From positions 64,001-128,000 of the IMG/VR virus record IMGVR_UViG_3300005512_000001: 64,000 bases of DNA; one strand, given 5' to 3'. This document shows, in pieces, positions 51,668 to 61,018 of the stretch (positions within the stretch are counted from its first letter, which is position 1; the number at the start of each line of letters is the position of its first letter). Source of the DNA: a virus (Duplodnaviria > Caudoviricetes). The notes under the pieces are model-generated. The model saw nothing but the letters and a program-made list of their open reading frames with translations, had not been told where the DNA came from and ran no database searches. The position numbers and the translations under genes are program-made.

Positions 51668-52278
51668 TCTCCTTTATGTTTTGCATTTATTTTCCCTTAC
51701 TACTACTGAAACCATCGCCGGTGATATTTTCTAGCTATTTCAGACTGCTTAAGCCCGGATTCAAGTAATTTTGGAATTATTTTCCTAATGTTGCGAAATT
51801 TTCTACGTGAGCTTATGAAAGACCCATCAATTTTATTTATATTGGTATTTATATTAAAATAGTTCACTTATTGTCTCCCCAACTACATCCATAATCAATT
51901 GTCTATCTAATAGTGTTAGAGATAATGCATTTGCTATGTTATTAACGGGGAAGTATATTTCCCCATTAGTGAGTATTGACGATTGTATTCTGCCCCTATA
52001 TAATACAACATAAAAGAAGATATTATTATTATTTGGGTCTGTAATATCTAGGGTCTTAACATTAGAGATATCTGGGATAGTTAAGCGTTCAAATTCTATG
52101 GCCCTCATGTCGATAACACAGGCACTTGTGACCTTGGGAATTACAGTAAAATTCCGTGGTTCTGAAAATTTATATGGGCCATAATACTTCAAATCTCTGT
52201 CTACCATACCGTGACGCATGTTAATACAATATTTACAACCGCAATGAATAATTGGCAAATGTACTATAAAGGAATATT

Positions 52279-52749
52279 ATGATATATTTGCTAGCGCAAG
52301 CAACAGATGTTGTCAATGAAAACCCGCATATAGAGGTAACTTTACCGGCCGCTATAACATTTGCTGGTATTTGTGGGTTGGTGTTTTTATTGATTAAACT
52401 AGGTGATAGATTGTGGCGGCCAAAGCAGGGGTCTCTTATGGGCAATGATGATTTAAAAGGGTTATGCGACAACATAGATAGATTAGGTAATGCTTGTAAT
52501 AGAAACAAGGAAAAGATAGTCGAGAACATGATGAAGCTGTCAGAGGCCATGACACGATATATAGAATTACAACAAGCATCTTTAAGAATTGCTGAGTATA
52601 GGCATGAAGCCATATTAAAACAACTAGAGATTATTTCTGGCCAATCGGTAGAATCCCGTAATGCAAGCCAAGCGAGCCAAACTGAAGCTGGCTTGATACG
52701 TGAACGACTTAACCACATCGCGTTAAACATTGAAAAGCTTGTTAGCTAA
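52279..52749 (+). CDS. single-TM coiled-coil membrane protein
   Basis: hydrophobic segment near N-terminus followed by coiled coil. Confidence 0.55.
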   Translation: MIYLLAQATDVVNENPHIEVTLPAAITFAGICGLVFLLIKLGDRLWRPKQGSLMGNDDLKGLCDNIDRLGNACNRNKEKIVENMMKLSEAMTRYIELQQASLRIAEYRHEAILKQLEIISGQSVESRNASQASQTEAGLIRERLNHIALNIEKLVS

Positions 52750-53387
52750 TTATGAAATCTTTCATAGCCCTTATTCTGCAGTTTTTCACGCCATTTCTTA
52801 ATGCTTTTTATTTTATAACAAGCATTGGGGTTATCTACTAATTTTTTCACAGGGTCAACTTTCGCCCCGAACGATTGGTTATATAAGTTAAATGATATAT
52901 AGTTATCGCCGATGCGATAACTGAATGCAGCAACTTGCATGTCATGGTCAAAATTAATGCCAGATTTCATCCATAACTCACCTTTAGTTGCTAAAACTGA
53001 GAGGTCAACAACAGACGCTTTTGCCTTCTCCACAACTTTATGGCTTTCTGAATTGGCTCGTTTGTTTTTCCCACTAATTCTGACTCGGAAACTGCCGCAC
53101 GCACACTCGCCATCGTCCCCAGTTATCTTACGCACACCTCCACATATTGGGCATGCGGCAATTGCTGCCCCATTACTGATAGCAGCTAGACTGCCATTTG
53201 TCGACGCTTCTTCTACGCGATTTGGATTTATCTTAAAAATCGAATTCTGCACTGGGTCTAAAATGCTAACCAAACCTGATTTATCTGGTTTAGGGTCGAT
53301 TAATAGATATCCGTCGCGTAATACACCAATAGGGTCTAAAATGCGGATTGGTTTTAAATTTTCTGTGTTGATTTGTATGTCATTCAT
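52746..53387 (-). CDS. hypothetical protein with Zn ribbon; C-terminus resembles 36875/41820 family
   Basis: CPIC...CAC; FDHD...SFNLYN...KW...NKGY. Confidence 0.6.
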   Translation of the reverse strand: MNDIQINTENLKPIRILDPIGVLRDGYLLIDPKPDKSGLVSILDPVQNSIFKINPNRVEEASTNGSLAAISNGAAIAACPICGGVRKITGDDGECACGSFRVRISGKNKRANSESHKVVEKAKASVVDLSVLATKGELWMKSGINFDHDMQVAAFSYRIGDNYISFNLYNQSFGAKVDPVKKLVDNPNACYKIKSIKKWREKLQNKGYERFHN

Positions 53388-53630
53388 AGGTGGTTATGCC
53401 ACGATAATGTTGCGAGGAAAATTGTACACATATCAAATATAATTTATGAAACTTAAGCAACTACATCGCGGCCAGCCAATAGCTAAGAAAAAGAAGGTAT
53501 GGGATAAAGATGAACATTTAGGTCGTTTCAAATCGCGATGGTATAATAAATCTGCGAAGACGAAACCATATAATTGGTCAAAAACTGGAACTTTTCACGG
53601 CCAATCTGAAGGATATAACGACCATATCAT

Positions 53631-54092
53631 CTAATCACTAATTTCAATTTTACCTTTACTATCATTGGCGAAATTATTTTTCATATAAGCTAATAAAAGC
53701 CTACCACCTTTACGCTTTACTAACTTCTTAATTAATCTTGATAGTTGGTCAGAAGTGATATGATTATCTTGGAAAAATCTCATCAAGCTATGATTCTTCT
53801 TTTTATTGCGGCATCTATCGCAGCAAGGCACTACATTTGCAAGAACACATGGTCCTTTTTCTTTTATAGGAAATGGATGGTCAGGACTATCTGCTAATTC
53901 ACCACAATACGAACATCTGAAATTTTCATTATTATAAATATCCACAACATCCTGATAATCGATATCAACTTCTATATTCGATTTTCTGCTGCGATATCGG
54001 CTTTGCCTTAACCAACCGCTTATTTTCTTTTTCAATAATTCAATATGGTCGGCTGAACATGGTATGCCATCTACATTATGCTCGATTTCCAT
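53631..54092 (-). CDS. HNH endonuclease
   Basis: CSYC...DH..P...G....NVVPCC..C..KK. Confidence 0.75.
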   Translation of the reverse strand: MEIEHNVDGIPCSADHIELLKKKISGWLRQSRYRSRKSNIEVDIDYQDVVDIYNNENFRCSYCGELADSPDHPFPIKEKGPCVLANVVPCCDRCRNKKKNHSLMRFFQDNHITSDQLSRLIKKLVKRKGGRLLLAYMKNNFANDSKGKIEISD

Positions 54093-54501
54093 CTGTTACC
54101 TCGCCTATCGGTTACTAATTGGTCGTATTAGGTACATCTTGAGTCGGTGCGACTAATCTGACCACACCCGCCAGGATATCGGCGAGGTTTTCATCATCTA
54201 CAGTCATCCAACTTCCGCACAATTTAACTGCAGGTACTGATGCTAAATTAAACTGCGTGGCCTCTGGATATTCACCATCAGCGTCTGCAGTAACCATCTC
54301 TAAGAGTAATATAAATCCAATACCAGATCCAGCTTCATCATATCTTCTAAGTTGCTCCTCGACCGCTAATTTAGGAAGCTCAATAACTTCCGTCCCCAAT
54401 CTTGCTTTAACCCATTCTTCTACCGTAACTGTGTGATTCATGATGTTCTCTCAAATAAGGTCATATAACGTTATTTTATATACATGTGAGAGAATGCAGT
54501 A

Positions 54502-55359
54502 TTATTTTTGGGGTTGTTTTGACCGTTTTTCACGTCTTCTTTTCTTTTTCAATTCATCAGCCCGTTCTACTTCTCGGTCTGTGATTTCGTCGGCGATATT
54601 CCTTATAGTATACAATGCAGCAGTATACTTCACCTGGCCTTGAGTTAGGTGCGGCCAATAATGGCTGAGAATTATGACCCTTGCATCAAAAGTCTTTCTC
54701 ATCTTTTCTGATAAATCAAGATACTTGCCACGACTTATAACTGCTACAATATCTTTAAACTGGTCAATCAAGCTCCGGTTATTATCTAATACAATCACCT
54801 GCTTCTTGCCTTCTGGGTCAGCAGAAAACATTTTCAACGGGACATTTGGGTCTATATTTTTCGGATTTAGAAGTTGCATCATGCTTAAATCAGGCCCGCT
54901 GTAATGCCCCTTCGCTTCGTCTTTTAATAATGCAACTGCATTTTTCAGCTCTCTACTAGCTGTTTTACGGGGGACTTGAATTTGGGTTTTTAACTCATGT
55001 TCCCGCTCCCGAACCTTTTCGTCAAAATGCTCCTGCTGAAGATTCATAAGAATAGTATGCACTTCAGTATATGTTAGTGGGTTTTCGATAGATACTTCAT
55101 CAATATCTCTGCTAACAGATGCCTGGATTAGGTCGCGGAATTCTTTGTCCAACCCATTTGCCCTAGAGGCATCCCGTATTTTTTCGATACGCCGAAGCCC
55201 ATCACTATAGCGTTTCCACTCTCGCGTAATCCCCAGCCGCTTGTCTAAACCCAATTCAGTCGGGTCATCAATAGTTATAGACTGCGCTTCGAAAATAGAA
55301 GCCGTACCAAATGGCTTCCCAGAGATTATGTCTAATTTTTCGTTTAGTGTAAATTCCAT
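54502..55359 (-). CDS. hypothetical protein, probably late
   Basis: 285 aa; TCAAATATA immediately upstream. Confidence 0.65.
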   Translation of the reverse strand: MEFTLNEKLDIISGKPFGTASIFEAQSITIDDPTELGLDKRLGITREWKRYSDGLRRIEKIRDASRANGLDKEFRDLIQASVSRDIDEVSIENPLTYTEVHTILMNLQQEHFDEKVREREHELKTQIQVPRKTASRELKNAVALLKDEAKGHYSGPDLSMMQLLNPKNIDPNVPLKMFSADPEGKKQVIVLDNNRSLIDQFKDIVAVISRGKYLDLSEKMRKTFDARVIILSHYWPHLTQGQVKYTAALYTIRNIADEITDREVERADELKKKRRREKRSKQPQK

Positions 55360-55379
55360 TTTCTATATATTTGAATATA

Positions 55380-57020
55380 CTAGTCTATAATCACAGACTC
55401 TTTGAACCACCCAGGCAAGATTCTCTTATTCTTATTGTACCACCATCTAAACGTACTGTCAATGATGTAAGTCTTGGCCCAATCATTTTTGCTGCGGACG
55501 CTACGCCCGACAGATTGGACTAATTTAAGTGCCGTAAGCCATTCGTAGAATTGCGGGTCCTCCTCCATTCTTGCTGCTAATTGTTTATCTTCGAACTGGT
55601 TTGGGAATGGGACCTTACATATTATTTGGAATCTACTTAATTCCCCGATCAGGTCAATGCCCTCATGCATTGCTGGGGCGATAATAATTGTATCAGGTGA
55701 TTTAGAGTGAAGTTCTAACATTTCTGTTTTATTGCGGAAGTCTTTTTGGAACAATGACCTACGCCTGACATCTGAGTTGCAACTATCTATCAACATCTCA
55801 GCAATGTAGAAATTATGCGTGTGGATTATACCACGTTGTGTTGTGTGTTTTTTCGCTATTTTATTGACTTCATTAACTAATTGACCAGACCACTGTGGCA
55901 TATTCCTCTTGCCGCCAGTAACCTTAGCAACGGGATTAAAAAATATTGGTCTGTTTTCGACTGGGAATTTGCTACTCATCCGTTTGGCTGCGATATCCTT
56001 TTTCTCAATTCCCAACGACCTTGACATTACATTAACATCTAAAATAGTGGCAGACATAATTAAAACACTCATGCCCCAGCTAAATAAAAGGTCATGAGCG
56101 TAATTATCAACAAATACAGGCTTGAATGTAACTCTACTGTTCACCTTATTTTGCAATTTTGCATATTCTGCAACCCATGGTTTGTGGTCTTTCTTGAACA
56201 TCTCTGTTATGAAATGTTCAAGTTTTCTAATCACTGAGTCTAGTTCATCTGCCTTCCGAGTATCCTCTGCGATTCGAGCAGCGTTTAATTTATCAGTGAG
56301 AATTTTTATAATGCCATTATTATTTAACCACACTGCATAATCTTGTGGGCTATAATTATTTGGGAATTTCAGGCCATTGAACTCCAAATCTGATATTGAT
56401 ATAGAGACGAAATTCATTAACTGTGACTCTATATTATGCCCTTCATCTAAAATCAACAGCGACCTTGGCTCGAACCGTTTAGTGAATGCTGTTTGATGTA
56501 AGAAGCTAGCGAAGTTCATAAGGCATATTTTAGATGCCACAGATTTCTCAACTTGATTAAAATAATGGCAAATTTTGGTTTGCAAACACGATGAATATAG
56601 GCTTTTCCCTTTCCGCTTGCAAAACCCATCAGCACAATTGTGCGGTTTGGTTTCATTCCATTTCTTGATAGACTTGGCATTGTGTAGCATGGGGTCTGGC
56701 TTATAAGTACACTCATAAGCATTTCTGCCTTTTAAATCTATTAGCAGCTTATCGTGCTTACCATGTTCGCCAAAATCTTTAGATAGTTGGTCCTGTAGGA
56801 TTTTTGTTATTGTGAGCCAATATACAGAGTCAAAAAATGATGAGACAGTCGCCGCTATCGCACTTTTGCCACACCCACATGGCCCTTCTAAAATAACAAA
56901 TTTTTTGCCATCATGAAATTGATTCACTATCCATTTTACAGTCTCTATTTGGCCATCACGTGGCTCTTCAAACGGGAATTTATCAAGAATAACACTATCG
57001 GTCAAGATTATATTGTCCAT
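55380..57020 (-). CDS. DinG/Rad3-like SF2 helicase
   Basis: PRDGQ, GPCGCGKS, KGRNAYEC, DEGH, SAT, EGID, KVPFP, QSVGRSVR. Confidence 0.9.
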   Translation of the reverse strand: MDNIILTDSVILDKFPFEEPRDGQIETVKWIVNQFHDGKKFVILEGPCGCGKSAIAATVSSFFDSVYWLTITKILQDQLSKDFGEHGKHDKLLIDLKGRNAYECTYKPDPMLHNAKSIKKWNETKPHNCADGFCKRKGKSLYSSCLQTKICHYFNQVEKSVASKICLMNFASFLHQTAFTKRFEPRSLLILDEGHNIESQLMNFVSISISDLEFNGLKFPNNYSPQDYAVWLNNNGIIKILTDKLNAARIAEDTRKADELDSVIRKLEHFITEMFKKDHKPWVAEYAKLQNKVNSRVTFKPVFVDNYAHDLLFSWGMSVLIMSATILDVNVMSRSLGIEKKDIAAKRMSSKFPVENRPIFFNPVAKVTGGKRNMPQWSGQLVNEVNKIAKKHTTQRGIIHTHNFYIAEMLIDSCNSDVRRRSLFQKDFRNKTEMLELHSKSPDTIIIAPAMHEGIDLIGELSRFQIICKVPFPNQFEDKQLAARMEEDPQFYEWLTALKLVQSVGRSVRSKNDWAKTYIIDSTFRWWYNKNKRILPGWFKESVIID

Positions 57021-57177
57021 TGGAGTACCTTATAAATAGTGAAAAATCATTGCTTCATGTTGGGGTGGCCAGTCGGCTAGTTCTTTAGCACGCTATTTTA
57101 ATACATCAAAACAAATAGGATAAAGCACGGTCTTTTAACTACTGATCACCATATTATTTTTTAGTATTTAATCAACT

Positions 57178-58260
57178 ATGAAGATAGCAATAACAGCCGA
57201 TGTGCATATTGGCATCCCTGGGAAACTCCAAGATATTATGTGGGGCTTGCGCAAAATAAGACAACATTGTATTGATAATAACATAAAACACATAATGATA
57301 TTGGGAGATTTATTGCATGACCGTGAACAAGTTAGGATAGAGGATTTAAACTTCCTAGTTGACTTTTTGATAGAAACCGATGCAAAATATGGGATTAGTG
57401 TAATAACATTCCCAGGCAACCACGACATGTACCTAAAAAACTCATGGAAAATAAACGGTTTGAGACCATTGTCGCGATACTTAAACAGCTATCATGATAT
57501 ATCGACATTGACCTTAGACGGCATTCGTTTTTGGATTCTCCCGTTTATCCATTATGAGTCGGACTATATGGCTGCATTAGACGACATACACAAACAACAC
57601 AAAGATGGTGATGTGCTACTCACACATATTGGGGTTAAATCATCTACATTAAATGCATGCTTTCTGTTGAAATCTTGGTCTGTTGTTGAATTTTCAGAGT
57701 CACCATTTGATAGGATTTATACTGGCCATTTCCATATTCCGCAACAAGTTGGCCAGAACGTGTGGTATCCTGGCAGTCCAGTGCCATTTCGATTTGATGA
57801 AGGTGATTGCGACCATGGGTTTATAGTCTTCGACACAACAATGCGTGACCATGAATTTGTGAATTTGTGGGGTGATGGCGATAAAACAGCCCCACCACAA
57901 TTCGTTACTATAAACGATTCTAAATTAAAAAACACACATAAGGCAGATATAGACAATAATGTAGTACGCATCGCTTTGTCAAAAGAGTATACACACAACC
58001 AGCTTTCGGAAATTAGAAAAACTTTGCAGAATTTAGGCGCAAAAGACGTTAGGTGGATGCATCTGGCATCTAAAGAAGAAAAAGAAGTTATTATAGCAGC
58101 GAAGGATGCTGCTGCTAATGCAGATGAATTGTTTAAAAGATTCGTGGAAGCAGATAAAGATGGCATAAAAGGTTTGAATGCAACCTTATTATCTAAATTA
58201 AACAGTACGATAGTCGCCGATGGCGATAGACAATATTCAGAAAGCTATATTGATGCTTGA
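57178..58260 (+). CDS. SbcD/Mre11 (gp47-like) nuclease
   Basis: DVH, GDLLH, GNHD, TH, GHFH, YPGSP motifs; coupled to SbcC-like gene. Confidence 0.9.
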   Translation: MKIAITADVHIGIPGKLQDIMWGLRKIRQHCIDNNIKHIMILGDLLHDREQVRIEDLNFLVDFLIETDAKYGISVITFPGNHDMYLKNSWKINGLRPLSRYLNSYHDISTLTLDGIRFWILPFIHYESDYMAALDDIHKQHKDGDVLLTHIGVKSSTLNACFLLKSWSVVEFSESPFDRIYTGHFHIPQQVGQNVWYPGSPVPFRFDEGDCDHGFIVFDTTMRDHEFVNLWGDGDKTAPPQFVTINDSKLKNTHKADIDNNVVRIALSKEYTHNQLSEIRKTLQNLGAKDVRWMHLASKEEKEVIIAAKDAAANADELFKRFVEADKDGIKGLNATLLSKLNSTIVADGDRQYSESYIDA

Positions 58261-60043
58261 AATAAAGAATATACGATTAAAAAACTTTTGGTCGTATGGC
58301 GACTATGATACTAAATTAAACTTAAATAACCTAGGTCCATGCTTAATAACAGGCGAGGTGGTCGACCATGCCGATGTCGACCCAAAAAAGACTAGCAATG
58401 GTGCCGGTAAAAGTGCAATCATAGAAGCGATGTTGTGGTGCTTATTCGGTCGTACTATGAGAATTCCAAACCCAGGCAACAAAGTGGTGAATTTCTTTAC
58501 TAATAAAGATTGCCTTGTTGAAATCGAATTTTGTAATGGCGATGTGCTTAGACGCACACGGAACCTCTCTGGTCACAACGACTTATTGCTAATCAAAGAT
58601 GGCGAAGATATATCGCTTGGCACCACTACAATGGAACAACAACGCCTAAATAATTTACTGGGCCTTGATTGGGATATATTTTGTGGTTCTACATTTTTTT
58701 CGCAATTTGGCAAATCATGGATGGAAATATCTGATACTAAGCGTAAAGAAGCACTAGAACGTGAATTCCATCTCGACAAAATAAAATTATATGCATCGGC
58801 TGCTAAATCCAGATTAGATATTGCGAAGTCGGAACAAGAGAAACTTAAATGGGAAGCCGATGGCATACAGGGTGATATCGATAGGCATACTGAAGAAATA
58901 ACATCTTTTTCTACAGCATCAAAACAATTTGACCAAATTAAACAGGGTAAAATCAGCAGTGTGTTATCTAGAATATCAGATATTCAAGCACAAATAACAA
59001 ATATCCCTGATGTTGATATAGAAAAATTAGAACAGCACTGGAGAACCTGGGAGGAGATATCTCGCAAAATTGATATGCAAAGAGACAAAGTAAAAGATTT
59101 ACAGTGGGTTGCTAATAACATAAGTAGAGACATCCAAAACAACCAGGCACTTATAAACAAATGGCAAGGCAAAAAATCGGTATGCTCTGCGTGCGAGCAA
59201 CCTATCAGCGCAAGACATGTTGCTAGCAAAATCGCAACGCCACAACAAAAAATAACTGCTTTGCAAGCACAGGCAGAAGAAAATCGCAAAGCAACCGAAC
59301 GCAAAAAGGCATCAATCTTGTTAGTAGCTGAAGCTGCCAATAAGAAAAAGCCAACTATGAGTTTGGTCGAAGCTAAAAATTTATTAAGTAAAAAAACTCA
59401 ACTGCAAAAACAAATAACACAAGAGCAGAAGCTGATAGAACAAATATCGTCCGAACAAAACCACTATGATGATACTATAAACACATTAAAAACCAAACTT
59501 GGTGCACTCAAAAAGTCATTATCCACTATAAATAATAAAATCGCGAAATTTGATACAATCATTTTGCATATAAATTATATTTATCGAGCATATCATGATA
59601 GGCGAAAGATAAAAAGTTATATGTTATCTGAATATATTCCCTACTTAAATAATAGGATTGCATATTATTTAGAGAAATTCAAGCTAGACCTCAAAATAGA
59701 ATTCACAAACGCATTAGGCATCAAAAATGAATATTGGGGATATGAATCATTTAGTGGTGGCGAATGCAAGAGGTTTGACGTGGCGATGATGCTTGCTATA
59801 TTCGATTTACATACCTTAATGTATGGTAGGCATTGTAATTTATTGGTGTTCGATGAAGTCGATGGCAGGTTAGATGTAGTTGGTGCCGAAATACTGGCGG
59901 ATATAATAAGGAGTGACTTCGCTGATAAAGTTGATACTATATTAGTTATAAGCCAACGCACAGATATGCGTAGTGCTATGCCGTCAGAAATCAAAATAAT
60001 CAGAGAGGATAGATTCTCTCGCATATCAGAGATTTTGAAATAA
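58253..60043 (+). CDS. SbcC/Rad50 (gp46-like) ATPase
   Basis: KNFWSY, NGAGKS, CSAC zinc hook, coiled coils, FSGGE, FDE. Confidence 0.92.
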   Translation: MLEIKNIRLKNFWSYGDYDTKLNLNNLGPCLITGEVVDHADVDPKKTSNGAGKSAIIEAMLWCLFGRTMRIPNPGNKVVNFFTNKDCLVEIEFCNGDVLRRTRNLSGHNDLLLIKDGEDISLGTTTMEQQRLNNLLGLDWDIFCGSTFFSQFGKSWMEISDTKRKEALEREFHLDKIKLYASAAKSRLDIAKSEQEKLKWEADGIQGDIDRHTEEITSFSTASKQFDQIKQGKISSVLSRISDIQAQITNIPDVDIEKLEQHWRTWEEISRKIDMQRDKVKDLQWVANNISRDIQNNQALINKWQGKKSVCSACEQPISARHVASKIATPQQKITALQAQAEENRKATERKKASILLVAEAANKKKPTMSLVEAKNLLSKKTQLQKQITQEQKLIEQISSEQNHYDDTINTLKTKLGALKKSLSTINNKIAKFDTIILHINYIYRAYHDRRKIKSYMLSEYIPYLNNRIAYYLEKFKLDLKIEFTNALGIKNEYWGYESFSGGECKRFDVAMMLAIFDLHTLMYGRHCNLLVFDEVDGRLDVVGAEILADIIRSDFADKVDTILVISQRTDMRSAMPSEIKIIREDRFSRISEILK

Positions 60044-60068
60044 TTCAAATATATTAATGAGGTGATTT

Positions 60069-60605
60069 ATGAGTCTTTCTGATAATTTAGAATATATCTT
60101 CAATTCAGAACTAGCAAAAAGGTTGTTAATACGTTATTTCTCTACCAAAGGTTTCCATGAGAATTTCGACAAAAAAGTATATCCACCACAGATTCAAGAC
60201 TTGGTTGAATCTGTGCCAGAATTAAATGGTAAGTTGGAGATAATCCCGCATGCTATAGAAGTAGACCCAACTAATGGTTTCGCCAGAATTGGTTGGAATT
60301 TATTTATTTTGGGCAATCAGCGAATGTATTTAGGTGAGACTGAACATTCACAGCTTCAAGAACTAGCCCAGCAACTTGAATCTGGAATGGTAGTTGTTGA
60401 GGGAGAAGAAGAACAGGCTATGCGGCAAGGAAGAAGTGCAAGAGACATTATTGGATGGATAGTTCGAGTGCTTGGGAAAAATGAGGCTGGGATTATTCGC
60501 ATGATACCACAAGCAGACCAAATGGGATTCCAACACCTAGGCCCTCAAGGCACCGATTTCTATGAAAGACCTAGAACTATACGACCAGAAACGAAGTTCA
60601 ATTAA
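60069..60605 (+). CDS. hypothetical protein, probably late
   Basis: GAGGTG RBS; TCAAATATA upstream. Confidence 0.65.
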   Translation: MSLSDNLEYIFNSELAKRLLIRYFSTKGFHENFDKKVYPPQIQDLVESVPELNGKLEIIPHAIEVDPTNGFARIGWNLFILGNQRMYLGETEHSQLQELAQQLESGMVVVEGEEEQAMRQGRSARDIIGWIVRVLGKNEAGIIRMIPQADQMGFQHLGPQGTDFYERPRTIRPETKFN

Positions 60606-61018
60606 ATCTCACGCGGACATACTTTCCTGGGTTGAGATGCTTGCAAAAGTCGCATTCAGTATTGCATAATTCCCACTCTTTACTATATATTTCATAACCA
60701 CATGCTCTATCAACATACTCAAATCTAAGTGCATTCAAACACCGTTCACAAGCTATGCCAACTATAATTATAGCTTGCTTTAACCCATAATCGCCTGAAT
60801 TAACCATGCCTAGCACTAAGTCTTCCGACCATGTACTATTAGTAGTGTTGATTAAAATAGATTTTGAATTTGGTTGTGTATCTAGCCTATAAGTAACGTG
60901 CGTCACATCGCAGCCGATATGATGGTAATATACAGCATCTTTTGGCACAACTATTCCATAGCTAAAATTTGGATAGACTTTGTTGCCATCTTTATCTTCC
61001 CACCATGTTGTCTGTATA

